Positions 38,170-49,302 of a stretch of 49,302 nt of DNA are shown here, piece after piece. Position 1 is the stretch's first letter. Each line of letters begins with the position of its first letter. The notes under the pieces are model-generated. The model worked only from the letters and a program-made list of their open reading frames with translations, did not search any database and was not told where the DNA came from. A program made the translations under genes and the position numbers. The stretch is from Girardia tigrina (Eukaryota): positions 19,998 to 69,299 of the forward strand of contig MQRK01181462.1 of assembly GCA_001938485.1 (NCBI GenBank). The letters are read 5' to 3'.

Positions 38170-39741
38170 TTATATATTTATAGCAGTAGCGTACTTGTAG
38201 AGTTTGGATAAGAACTCGGACTCATTTTTAGGCTTTTTGGTCGTGCCATTGATGTAATTCACATACTGGTTGACCAAATCCCGTTTTTCTAGTTTAGATT
38301 TTGAAATTGCATTAAACTGCCTAGTCTCTGATCTTGAAGAATGAGATGTCGAGTTAATGCACTGGGTATCCGATAGTTCTTCTTCATGCATCACTTTCGA
38401 AGTCTTGAGGTTCGGACAGTGAGTTTTTTTTGTGATTTCCACCGCATTCATAGCATATTATTGTTCTGCAAAATCTCTTAATATGCATAATTTTATTGCA
38501 TTTGTAGCATTTAACGTTTTGGTATTTGTTATTTCTTTCAAAATTGTTAGTTTTTGGAAAATATCGGTCTTTCAGTTTTGATATCTCATCTCGTAGTTGT
38601 TAATTTTCTTGCTTTTACTTCTTAATTTCCTGCAATAACTCCGATACTTCTATATTTTTGTTCATTTTATAGAATTCATGATTATTATTATCAACTTTTT
38701 CGCAGTCTTCTTCTCTGATATTGTGAATGGATTCAATATTTTCAATACTTTTACTACATTTTTGTCTCTTATACCATGTCGAAATATCTTTACAAAATTA
38801 TTATCCGACTTTACTGGTAAATGAAAAGTTTCCACTGTTATTCTATTTGCGAAATATAATAACGTTCCTCCTTCCTCCTGTTTCACTCGTATAAAAGGTA
38901 ATAACTGACCAACTTTTGATTTATTTAAATCAAATTTACCAATCAATTTTAATGACATTGTGTCCATATTCATCGACGTAACATCAGCTTCCGACTCGCA
39001 CTGGATCTCAACAATTAAGCTGTTTTCAAAATAGGACATAAAAATATCCATTTTTGCGGAATCTTCAAACGCCGATTGTTCGAAGAGACTGATAAACTCT
39101 TTCACGTTGTTTATGTGGTCAGTTATTGATCTCTCCTTGCAATGATGTCTCTCGAAGATGAATAGCTTTTCTTCTTTCTTCTTAAACATTAGTTCTTCCA
39201 AGTACTTATGAGCTGTAACGTTTGCTCGTGACGTCATGTTGTATATATCTAATAATGATAAAATCAATTAAATTTTGAAAAATATTAATATTTATTATAT
39301 AACATATTATTTAAATAAATTTAAATTGTTTTTTACATATTTTCAGTTTTTTTTTATTTTTTTAAAATATATTATCATAAATAATAATATAACAATAATA
39401 TATTTATTTAACTTAATCAGATATATTAGTATTTATTTGTTTACATTTTTTGTTTTATTATTTTTACATTTTTATTTTTACCTTAAATTCTTGGAAAACA
39501 TCATTAGGCAATCACACCAGTGATTCGGTAAATTAATATAAGAAGAAAGAAAGAAAAGAATAAAGAAACAAGAAAGAAAATTTATATATAATTTAACAAA
39601 TTAAATAATTGTTAAAAAAACGATTACAATTTAAAATACGAATTTCAATTATTAAATTGAATATATAAAGAAACTAAACAATTAGTCAACGACAAGTTAA
39701 CTTATAACTTGGTTACAAGATCAAATTAATCTCCCGCTACA
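38170..39741 (-). mobile_element. LTR retrotransposon 5' half: LTR, primer-binding site and gag
   Basis: Minus strand TGTAGCGGG...CCGAATCA (39741-39521, 221 bp), then C and TGGTGTGATTGCC (PBS-like). Gag ORF 38662-39267 contains VKQEEGGTLLYFANRI. Zinc knuckle CYKCNKIMHIKRFC at 38468-38509. Confidence 0.8.
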
Positions 39742-40179
39742 ACCAATCTTAAGTCGTCAATCTGCAATCCACAAAATTAGATTTCTATTCGATATTGTGA
39801 GTCAACAGTTCTAACATTTTTTCGCAGCTGTTTTAATCATACAGATTCTATTAAATCAACTATCGATGTATTCCAGACAACAAGGTATGATAACTCATCA
39901 ATCATGATCATCATATTTTTGACTCAAATCCACTCACCAGACTTAACAATTCTACATTTATTAGAAGACATTCTATTTACAGACCATAAAAACGTATTTT
40001 GAATGAATATTGTTAGATATCTTCTGACGACTCTTCATTAATTTGTATGATACAATACTCTTTATCTATTTGTTATCAAATCTTTATCTATTTTTATCTG
40101 AGTTGTTCGTTTATTAATTAATTATATTTTAATAATTCAAAATTTGTTATTTTTTTATTCGGGGAAGTATAAATTTCGA

Positions 40180-40190
40180 ATATACATATA

Positions 40191-40241
<51 letters not shown>
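40180..40241. repeat. (TA)n microsatellite
   Basis: Direct inspection. Confidence 0.95.
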
Positions 40242-40244
<3 letters not shown>

Positions 40245-40683
40245 ATGTCATGATATATTTAATTCATTATAACTTAATAAAAACAAAGTAATATATGTGT
40301 AATTATTTTATTATTTGTAAACTAATAATATAAATTATCTAAAAAGAATATTTCATATGTTGATTTATACAAATTAAAAGAAAAAAACAAAGACAAAACA
40401 TTCTCATTTCCTGTAATAGATTTTCTTTTCTTTCCATCTAGATATAGATTTGAGATTTTCAATTGTTTGAAGCCTTCCAAATAATCTCAAATGATAATCC
40501 GTATCAAATAAGGAAATTCATTATTATCTAGCTTTGATTGATTAATTTATTGAGATAAAATTTGAAGCTAAAAATTCTTTTTCATGATTTAATCAAAAAA
40601 TAAATAAATAAAAAATGAGAAATATTCAATTTGATATTAGATTTTTCTTCAGAATTTATTGGCTTTCCATTTAATATTTTCAG

Positions 40684-40829
40684 TGTTGCATCGATAACAG
40701 TTTGAAAATTTGTCAATTGTTGTTACAATTCGGAGCAAATGTCAACGCCACTGACAGTGAAATGTGGACGCCCCTTCATGCCGCCGCCGCCTGTGCTCAC
40801 ATAGAAATTTGTGCTTGTTTGATAGACCA
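40684..40829 (+). CDS. PPP1R16A: PPP1R16A/B-like, coding exon 3 (ankyrin repeats)
   Basis: Acceptor TTTTCAG ends at 40683. Reads CCIDNSLKICQLLLQFGANVNATDSEMWTPLHAAAACAHIEICACLID, continuing directly from ALHQ as in MYPT3 (HQCCID...DSExWTPLHAAA). Donor CA|GTAAGT, phase 2. Confidence 0.94.
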
Positions 40830-41059
40830 GTAAGTCCACTCTAAATTCTCCTTCATTTGTAATCCAACACTTTGAAATTGTAAAAATAAGCCAAAAATAT
40901 TTTTTTTAATTTAATAATTATTTATCAAATATAATTAGCTTTATTTATAATGTATTTTATTATTTATTACTTACATTTTATTACTTCAATAATTTTGGAC
41001 GTATTTAATAAATTAATTTATAAATTGTATAAAACTAAGATGTAAATTCAAAGCTTCTC

Positions 41060-41820
41060 GTTAATGCCCTGCCAAAATTTTCATGATTTATCATTACAAA
41101 GAAAACTTGTCGGTGTATCGATCAGAAACAAAGAACAATTAGTATGTAAAGCTTAAAAATCGGTGGAATATGCATTGAGATAAAAGAAGCGATTGAGACC
41201 ATATTTGCGGACTTTCAAAAGCCAGTTCAAATCAAAGGAAAACTGGAAAGCAAATTGCCTAATAGACAACTGGCTAATTGGATTAAAATATGCAACTTCA
41301 CCCAGACACTCAAGAAAAAACAGATCCAATACATGCATTTATTTAGCAGAATTAAACGAATGTTGCAATACGAGAAGCCAAATCACAAACAATCAAGATG
41401 CATATTTACAGACGGAATCAATATAACAGTGAGTTGAACCCATCAACTGGTAAAATGAAACCTAAGTTCAATATCTGGATAAAAGTAAGAATATTGACCT
41501 CATTATGCCAAAAATCAAAACATATTTGTGCCGATACAACATAAAAACTGATTTATCAAGAATATCCAGTGTTAATAATTGGAACAACAAATAAAAAAGC
41601 TTTCATCCGTTCCGCATAGAAATTTGCATAAATTGACGCAACAAAAATTTCAAATTCATATTCAAATCAATTAAGACATGTGCCAAAGAATTTGACAACT
41701 TTGATTATGAATCTGACACATTAATAGCATATGCCTCAGACGCAATGAACATTGGATTTAAGTCAATATTTTGGGTAAAATTCCCTTAAAAAGAGTAATA
41801 TGTTTGTTTCATATAAAAAA
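41060..41820 (+). mobile_element. MULE/Mutator transposase pseudogene
   Basis: HICADTT*KL..YPVLIIGTT..FHPF, FIFKSIK, LIAYASDAMNIGFKSIF, RVICLFHIKK (DxTYK and CxxH motifs of MULE). Confidence 0.8.
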
Positions 41821-42924
41821 CATCTTATTTTTGTGATTTATCTGCTGGTTTAGTTTATTTATCTTCCGAATTAATTCATTTATCTACTGTATTTATTTAT
41901 ACCCTTTAATAAATAATAAATCACAGGAAAAAAGTTTTGTAAACAAGAAAGATATATTATTATTGAAAACTTAACTTGGACTTTAAACCCAATAATAATA
42001 ACTTAATAATAAATAATATTTATTATTTATAGTTCATGTCAATGAATAAAATTATTAAATTTCGTAATCATAAAAACATTATTTAAATTATCAGATAGAT
42101 TTTGTTTTGTTTTACGTACAGAATATTTTTCATATTGATTGGAAAAATTGAAAGACTTAAAAAAATAAAAATATAAAATTTTAGAAACAATTTTTCTGAT
42201 TAAAATACAATAAAAATGTCACTCAAAATCGACTCATGATTGATGATTTAAAATTATTTATAATTATTTTTAATTCCCGAAAGACAATGTTTTTTAGTTT
42301 GCAGTAATAGGTCTAATAAAACATTAATCGAAATTTAAATAAAATGTTTTGGGCAAAATCCAAAAAATATTTCTCTTAAAAAAGATTTTCAGAATTTGAA
42401 TGAAAATATGTTTTTTTATGATAACAATAATTTATTTATAATTATTAATCTATTAATAATATAAACTAATCATTACAATTATACCTTTAATAATACTATT
42501 TGAAATTAAAATATCCTTTTTGAAGATAAGTATTTTATATACGAACTCAAACTTTTGAAAATTATTTAAGAACGATTAATTAAAAAAAATACAAATTGAT
42601 ATGGAATTATTAAAATTCATTCGAAATTATGTTGAAAAAGTTGATCAATCTATCAGTCCAAAAGAAGATATAAATCTCTTTTAAATTTCGTCATAAATCT
42701 TTTTGTTTCCTCGTGATTCTAAAAAATTGAATTAGGATTTGTAAAGCTGTGAATATTAACTCCTGGATGAAATTCTATTTAGTTCCCTAAAACATAAAAA
42801 ATATGTTCCAGTCTTAAAAGGATTCATGGAGAATAAACATGAAAATATTGCCCAAACTTTGAAATTTATCATATAAATCATTTTTACGCACGACGTTTGG
42901 ACACTGGTGTTATTTTTTATGATG

Positions 42925-43044
42925 TGAGTGTTCGTGGCGAGTTGAGTGCAAATGGTCATGGCGAGGAGAGTATGAGTGTTTGTGGCGAGTTGAGAGCGAG
43001 TGGTCGTCACGAGGAGAGTATGGGCGGATACAGCGAGGAGAATA
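42925..43044. repeat. GC-rich 48-bp tandem repeat (2.5 copies, internal ~24-bp periodicity)
   Basis: Units 42925-42972 and 42973-43020 plus a half unit ending GCGAGGAGAATA. Confidence 0.85.
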
Positions 43045-43599
43045 CTGTCGAAACGAGAGAGGAGATGGCGAGCATATGGTGAAACTACGAAACCGGACTA
43101 AACTGGGAAATCCCTTCGATTCATGGGGAGGGAGAATATGTTCGCTCCAAATCGATGAACCGAATTGAAAAAAGAAATTATTCAAAAAAAATTTAATTTA
43201 ATTTGTTATAAAAAAGAAAAGAAAATTAATTTAATTATCCTTAAAAAACATTTATTTGAAAAAAATTAATTAATTTGATTTAAAAATAATTGTAAAGAAA
43301 AATTATAAAATAAATTTAAAAGGTTGAATTTTGTTGAAATAAACCAAATAAATTAAATTGTTGTGGAGAATTTTTGGAGCGGTAAATGGTTGATCTGAGC
43401 GTTGTTCTTTTATTTTGCTTTCGATTTGAAAATACGATGGAAAATTATTTTATGATTAATTTGAATTTGTTTAAATTAATCAATCCAAATTTCCAAAACA
43501 ATATATTATAAATAGCATTTATAGAGGATAATCCAAACATTTTTGTTTAATTTTAATTGAACTTAATTAGATCATAAAATGATACTTCTAAATTCATCA

Positions 43600-44160
43600 T
43601 GTACATAATATTTATGAAAGTATCATTCACAAAGTTATTGTCGTTTATCAAGATTATCTACACGAAATTGTTTCTAATAACTGGAGCCACCAATCATCTA
43701 ATGTTCAATCTCATTGACGAAACTAATTATTCTTTCCCGTTACCAATTGTAGACACTTATTTGAATTTGATTTCGTGATTCTCTCCATCTTTGTAGATTT
43801 TTCTGGGTATGGTGCAATACTCCTTTCAGGATTTCTTTTGTCAAAGAGCTTACATAACTAAGTTTTATGATTCAGTCAATCCTATTTCAGTGTTGACTAT
43901 TCCATCTTGTTGTACTATTTTAGTTTTATTGATTATTTTAACTGTAACTTTCCATCCAGGTCCTGCTTCTTTAATCTTTAACTGGATTTCATTTGACTTT
44001 CGTATGTGACTTTAAAGTATTTCAATTTACATTGTATTTTAGGATTTCTAGAATAAGCTCTAGGATAGCTGGAAAACCTGAAAATATCAAAGATAAAATC
44101 TAGTCCACTATGAGAAATCAAAATCAACAAGATCTTACATACCGAAAGTTTTGCAGTCAC
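43600..44160 (-). mobile_element. Possible Gypsy integrase C-terminal remnant
   Basis: Degenerate SHSGL..IF and downstream IKEAGPGWKV; weak similarity only. Confidence 0.25.
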
Positions 44161-44179
44161 TTCATAATATTAATAAAAT

Positions 44180-45759
44180 GCCAAAAGCTTATTCTGTTAT
44201 TGGTCGGTTTAATTAATAATCAAATTTAGAGAAGTAAATTTATTAAAGTAAAATGGTAGGAGCAGAATTATCTGATTTATGGCTTAAACTCAGTTTGCCA
44301 TACATTAATGAAAGGTTTATCACAAAAAAATATAGAAATTCTTATTAAGAAATATCAGTCTGTTCAAAAAACCAAACAATGTTTTGAAGAAAATTAGGAT
44401 TCTTTATTTGACATAATCAAAGTGAATAGTGACTGATTTAGCAATGAAGATAAGGAATTTTATTTCTTACAGGTGAAAACTGATGGTCAAGCTGGTTATT
44501 GCACATCAAAAACTGTTAAATTTCATCCTTCTAAGGCTTTCTGGAAGAGATCTTTCCTACCTGAAACAGATACAGTAGATGTCAGTGATGTCAATAAAAA
44601 AGACAATGAACAAAATGATTGGCAAAATCATGATTATATTCCGCCAGACAAATAAGAAAAGGGAAAGTAGGAAAACACCACAGTAGCTGTTAACTTAGTT
44701 AGGAAGTCAAAACTAAGTATTAAGAGGTTAGCAGAGATTTGCAAAAAACACCATCTGAATCTGGGGTTAATAGAGCTACAATGACAGAAAGTCAAAAAAT
44801 GGAAAAGCACTTGATTAATCATATAAAAAAATGATGATTGTGTGTTGCATTTTGACGGTAAAAGAATTTCAGGAAATGAGTATCAAGTCTTGATTTTAAA
44901 AAATGCAGAAAAGGAAGTCAAGCTAGCCATTTTAAAATTGGGCGATGCAAAAGCTAATATTTACAGCGGAATAGTTGATGTGCTAGAAAATTTTCAACTA
45001 TGGAGTAGTATTAAAGTTATGATATCTGATACTACAATTAGGAGTAAAAATGGAGTTGTGAGCCAACTTCAAAGAGAATTTAAAAGAAAAAATCTTGAAC
45101 CATTTCAATTTATTGCTTGTTAGCATTATGTGCTAGATACAATTTTGAAGCATGCAATGAATGAAAATTTAGACGAAGAAAAAAGCTCATCACCAGAAAT
45201 ATATTACAAATTTATTGAGAACCTGCAAAAAAACTGTGAAAATTTCATGACAAGCTTTAAGCAAGGTTTAAAATTTTGTGAAGTGAAGACTAATAAATGG
45301 AGAGATGATTTGAACTTTTTGTTTGACTTGTTTCAAAGTTACTGATGCAGGACGGTGCATGCCAGCTATCCAGCTGTAAACTTCAAAATTCTGTAATCAT
45401 TGCACAATGCCATATTTGCCCTTCTGGCATATATTTTAACTGAGTCGAATAATAATCAACTGCGTTTGATTTGTAACTTCATAACATCAACCTAGTCTGA
45501 TATATGGTTTTCTGACATGCAATACTCTGAACATGATTTTAAAAATTTAATACAAACAATAACTTCAAATTCAGCCATGAATACAAAGAATTTAGAAATC
45601 TAATATTTGTGCGAAAGATTTCTATGTCAATTTTTCGATTTTTATGATTTTTAACAAAAATATTTTTTAATTACGGGGGACATTTTTGTATCTTTTGTCA
45701 GTAAAACTTTTGCAATTAGTAATATCATGTAGAATGTCATATTTTGATACTATACCCAA
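44180..45759 (+). mobile_element. Second hATm-type transposase pseudogene (different family)
   Basis: LHFDGKRI..EYQVLILKN, IKVMISDTT..NGVV, FIAC*HYVLDTILK, WRDDLNFL. TIR-like end ...TACTATACCCAA. Confidence 0.75.
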
Positions 45760-45914
45760 GTATAGTTGTAAAAAATCAACCCCCTACTGTGCATACTTTC
45801 CGATTCTGGGTACGCTATTTTCTCTGTCAAAGTGTATGCGACAGTTGAAGTCTCTCCCAATATTTTTATACACACTGGCTATCTAGCTTTAGCTTCTGCT
45901 TTACTGATCATGTA

Positions 45915-46170
45915 CAGGGTACCTAGTAAAAATCCAAAGGATTTAATGAAACCAAAGTGTATTTAATTAAACACATGATAAAGGCAAACAATTATATTTA
46001 CATAAATAAGCTTTTTGTTCATAGGTGTTCAAAATTTCCTTCGTCGATACAACACTTTCAAAGACGTGGAATCCAAGAAGCTGTGACCTTGAGAATTACT
46101 TCCATGTCGATGTTTAATTAAATACACTCTAGTTACATCATTTTCCTTTGGTTTTGTACTGGACACCCTG
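45915..46170 (-). mobile_element. Tc1/mariner-derived MITE (256 bp)
   Basis: TA|CAGGGTACCTAGTAAAAATCCAAAGGA ... TCCTTTGGTTTTGTACTGGACACCCTG|TA. Imperfect inverted repeats extend about 60 bp. Internal RL*KCCIDEGNFEHL* transposase tail. Confidence 0.85.
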
Positions 46171-46249
46171 TAGTCTAATAAGTCTTAAAAATCTGCTTTT
46201 TTTTCGTCAATGTAACCACAATTAGGGGTACATAGAAACCAATTATGAT

Positions 46250-46700
46250 TACTCTGTAGGACACTATCTTCACTTTAAAAATCCGATGAGAGAATGCTTC
46301 AAACTCTTATCTTTTTCGGAGAGTTTGGTCAAAACCCGCATTATTATTTGCCACATTTGTGGTCCACTATTATCTTACCATTGTCCTACAATAGAAGTGG
46401 ATTTTTCCCAGCTCATTCTTGACCCAAAATGGACATAAATTTGACATTGTTTGCCACCTGTAATGACGAAGGACTAAAATTAGCAGTTTTTGCGTTTAAA
46501 GCAAAGTGGAGTTTACTAAAGTCAATTTGTTTAGCAGACAAAGACCGAATCATTTGTTGGAATACTAGTGAATTTCGATGTAACTGTATGGCTCTCAAGT
46601 TCTTTTGCAAGTTGCACAATTTGAAAGAATCGTTTTTTGTTGAAAAAAATATTTGAAAAGACGCACTGATTTATGTTATAAATAAGGCAAAATTTAACAC
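46250..46700 (-). mobile_element. Possible Sola-like DNA transposon remnant
   Basis: Degenerate LESH, TPLCFKRK, DNSGPQ; weak. Confidence 0.25.
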
Positions 46701-47848
46701 ATGTCATATTTAGAAGTGAAATATTATATATAAGAAACAAATTAATTAAAAGACGATTTATGTAATAATTTACAAGTTTTAGGTAAGGTTTAATATATTT
46801 TCTCTCCGGGAATCTCATGTTCTTCCATCAAAGATTTACAAATCAGTTAGAAACTTAGTTTGAAACCAGATATATTGAGAATTAATGAGTAGAGCAGTTT
46901 GCTTCATGATCCACTAATCTGTAATTTTATTTCCTAAAAAAGTCTACTGTAAGCAATACGTCAATTGGCTAATTAAATTATGTGTAAAGGAAAAATATAA
47001 ATAGGAAACGTCTTTGATAAAGCTGTTAAACTATGAAATTATTTGCTGTTATAAAATTTAATGATCTCATTTGATCATATATATCACATTATAAAGCAGT
47101 TAAAATTTTCGATCGTTTAATATTATGCGTATTTTATTGTCACAATAATTTGAACGGGAAACGTAGACTTGATTCGGCAACTTCGTCTTCATAAATTCTG
47201 ACCATTATTCTCATCATCCGTGAACAAGATTTCTTGTCTCAGTTTCTTTGGGAGTTTATGTCAATTCCATCCTTATCTTTATTCTAAAGAAATTATATCT
47301 TGTTAATCAGTTGTCTTTCACTAATTTCTTTATAAAATGAAATCTTCTTTCAAACCAACAGTGCGTATTTATATACAAAATATTTATCGCCAATTTGTTT
47401 TTATCTTTACTAATAAAACAAGTATTAATATATGATTCAACATCCCAATCATAGGAAGTTGATTTTTGTTAGTTCAAAGTAATGATATATTCCCCTTGAA
47501 TGATAGAAAATATACTTCTCTTGATTAACATTGATATTTTATTCTATTTTTTCCTCCTTTAATCATATCATTGGCTAATTTGATTATTTATTATCTTTTA
47601 ATTTCATCAAATGGTTTCCTGATCTGACGATAGAATTACGACTCTTTTGATAAATCGCTTCTTTTTGAGAGAGAGAGATCTTTCTTTTATTATTACGCAG
47701 AAATATTTTTTATAATAAAAGCTCTACAGTTAATAAAAATAGAAATTAATTAATTTATCATTTTTATCATTAATCAAATTTTAAATCAATTTATTATTAA
47801 TTTCTTTTTTATAGATTTTTATTTATCAATTTTGTAAATCTTATTTAG

Positions 47849-48077
47849 TGGTGCCAATCTATTAGCATTGAATGCCGAGGGTAATATGCCATACGATATT
47901 TGTGAAGAGGAAAACACCTTAGATTTGATTGAAAACGCAATGGCTTCTCGTGGAATAAGTCAGGAAGAAATAGATGAAAGAAGAAAAGAACCGGAATTAA
48001 AAATGCTTCATGATCTTCAAGAATTAAAACTGAAACATCATAACTTAGCTGCAATCGACGAACAGGGGGCTTCATTC
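47849..48077 (+). CDS. PPP1R16A: PPP1R16A/B-like, coding exon 4; gene continues beyond window
   Basis: Acceptor TTTAG ends at 47848, phase matches exon 3. Reads (H)GANLLALNAEGNMPYDICEEENTLDLIENAMASRGISQEEIDERRKEPELKMLHD...QGASF. Donor TTC|GTAAGT at 48078. Confidence 0.93.
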
Positions 48078-48612
48078 GTAAGTTATTCGCCATTACATCA
48101 ATTAAGACTATATATTGTTTATCGTAAAATAATATCAATTATGGTTGATTGGTTTAATAAACATTCATATTTATATATATTACTTCTATTAACACAAATA
48201 TGACGAATAAAGGTATAAATAAATTCACATATTAGATTATTTATTTAAAACAATCAATAAAGAATAGAAAAACTGTATAAAAGTAAAATAAAGAATAGAG
48301 TTAGTTTTCGTTACCTTTATCGGTATCTCTGAGTATTCGGGAGATATATTCACGTCTCTGGTAACTCTCTAGTTTACAGTTTTGGTTGCTCTTAAGATAA
48401 TCTTTAACAAAAACGTTCTCACTACTTCTGAAAGTTTTTGATGTACGTCCAGGTCAATTGCAGGTTATTGGAAACATTAAAATGTTTCAACGCAAGTAAT
48501 GATTTTTATTGTTAAAAAATAAAAGCCAAAGAAACATGTGACAAAATAATACATTGGATTTCTATATTACATACAAAAATTGAAAATATTTTTTTTATTT
48601 ACCCCAAATGCC

Positions 48613-49302
48613 ATGGTAAGAAAAGAAAGGAAAACGCTTACAGAGGAAAAGAAGGATTTAATACTTCGATTATCACAAGACGAGTCCATGACTAGGAAAA
48701 GAATTTCTTTAATGGTCGATATAAACGTCAGGACGGTGGCATCGGTTATCCGGGGTTCAAATAACCCACACCCCGTAATTACTTCTAATTCCGTTCCAGC
48801 TCCTCCCACATGTCGTGATGACCAAGTTGTCAGAAACATCGTTGCTTGTCACAATGACCTGACTCTGACGGAGATAAGTGAAGAATTGTATACTAACCTT
48901 GGTGTAAAGAAATCTAACTCTACAATCTGTAGAAAGTTAAAGAAGCTTGGCATTACAAGGAAAAAACATTCTTTAATCCCTGAGGAATCTAATTCCAAGG
49001 ATAAAATTGATAAGAGGTATATATATATATACAAGTGCTATTTCGCAATACAGCCCTGAGATCTCGTTTTTTTGATGATACAAGATTCAATAGCCATACA
49101 TCGTGTTATTATGGATATTCAACCAAGAACGCTAAAGCAAACAGACAGGTTCATGCAAGCAAAGGCACAAACTTCAGCTGCCTCTATGTTATTAGGTTGT
49201 TCGATATGAAACGGGTCAAACTTCACACCTTACATTTCAATCGCGTATAACTTAACTTTGAACTATCGTATGAAAATAAATAAGGTATTTCTTGACAGAT
49301 AT
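48613..49302 (+). mobile_element. IS630/Tc1-like transposase pseudogene
   Basis: HTH region, ICRKLKKLGITRKKHSLIPEESNS and FFDDTRFNSHTSCYYGYS (first catalytic D motif). Frame broken around the (TA)n run at about 49018-49031. Confidence 0.8.

Noticed and set aside
42925-43044. CRISPR-like array
   Set aside because: Contiguous tandem units without unique spacers, in a eukaryotic context.
48078-48203. ORF extension beyond GASF (and 12072-12082 in exon 1)
   Set aside because: Read-through into introns past GT donors; homology stops at the donors.

Overview
AT-rich eukaryotic (metazoan) genomic DNA with (TA)n microsatellites and four assembly gaps. The transposon repertoire is compatible with a flatworm or another invertebrate, which is an inference only. 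The only host gene I can support is the 5' part of a PP1 regulatory subunit of the PPP1R16A/B (MYPT3/TIMAP) type. Four + strand coding exons (11828-12071, 16801-16871, 40684-40829, 47849-48077) splice in frame through GT-AG introns of about 4.7, 23.8 and 7.0 kb, and the gene continues past the window. Nearly everything else is transposon debris: mariner, Tc1/IS630, rosa-like and maT-like elements, hATm, MULE, Gypsy pieces, a NeSL/R2-type RT and Penelope-like elements. The most notable structures are: (i) four minimal hammerhead-ribozyme motifs in Penelope ends, two of them in an inverted pair where each copy has a different catalytic-core mutation; (ii) a hATm transposase split by two solo LTRs, whose reading frame is restored when they are removed at their target-site duplications (TSDs); (iii) a mariner whose internal deletion fuses the HTH in frame to the C-terminal tail; (iv) a Tc1/mariner element with DD38D spacing; (v) a CCAAT-box island deep in intron 2. 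I found no convincing wholly new gene system.
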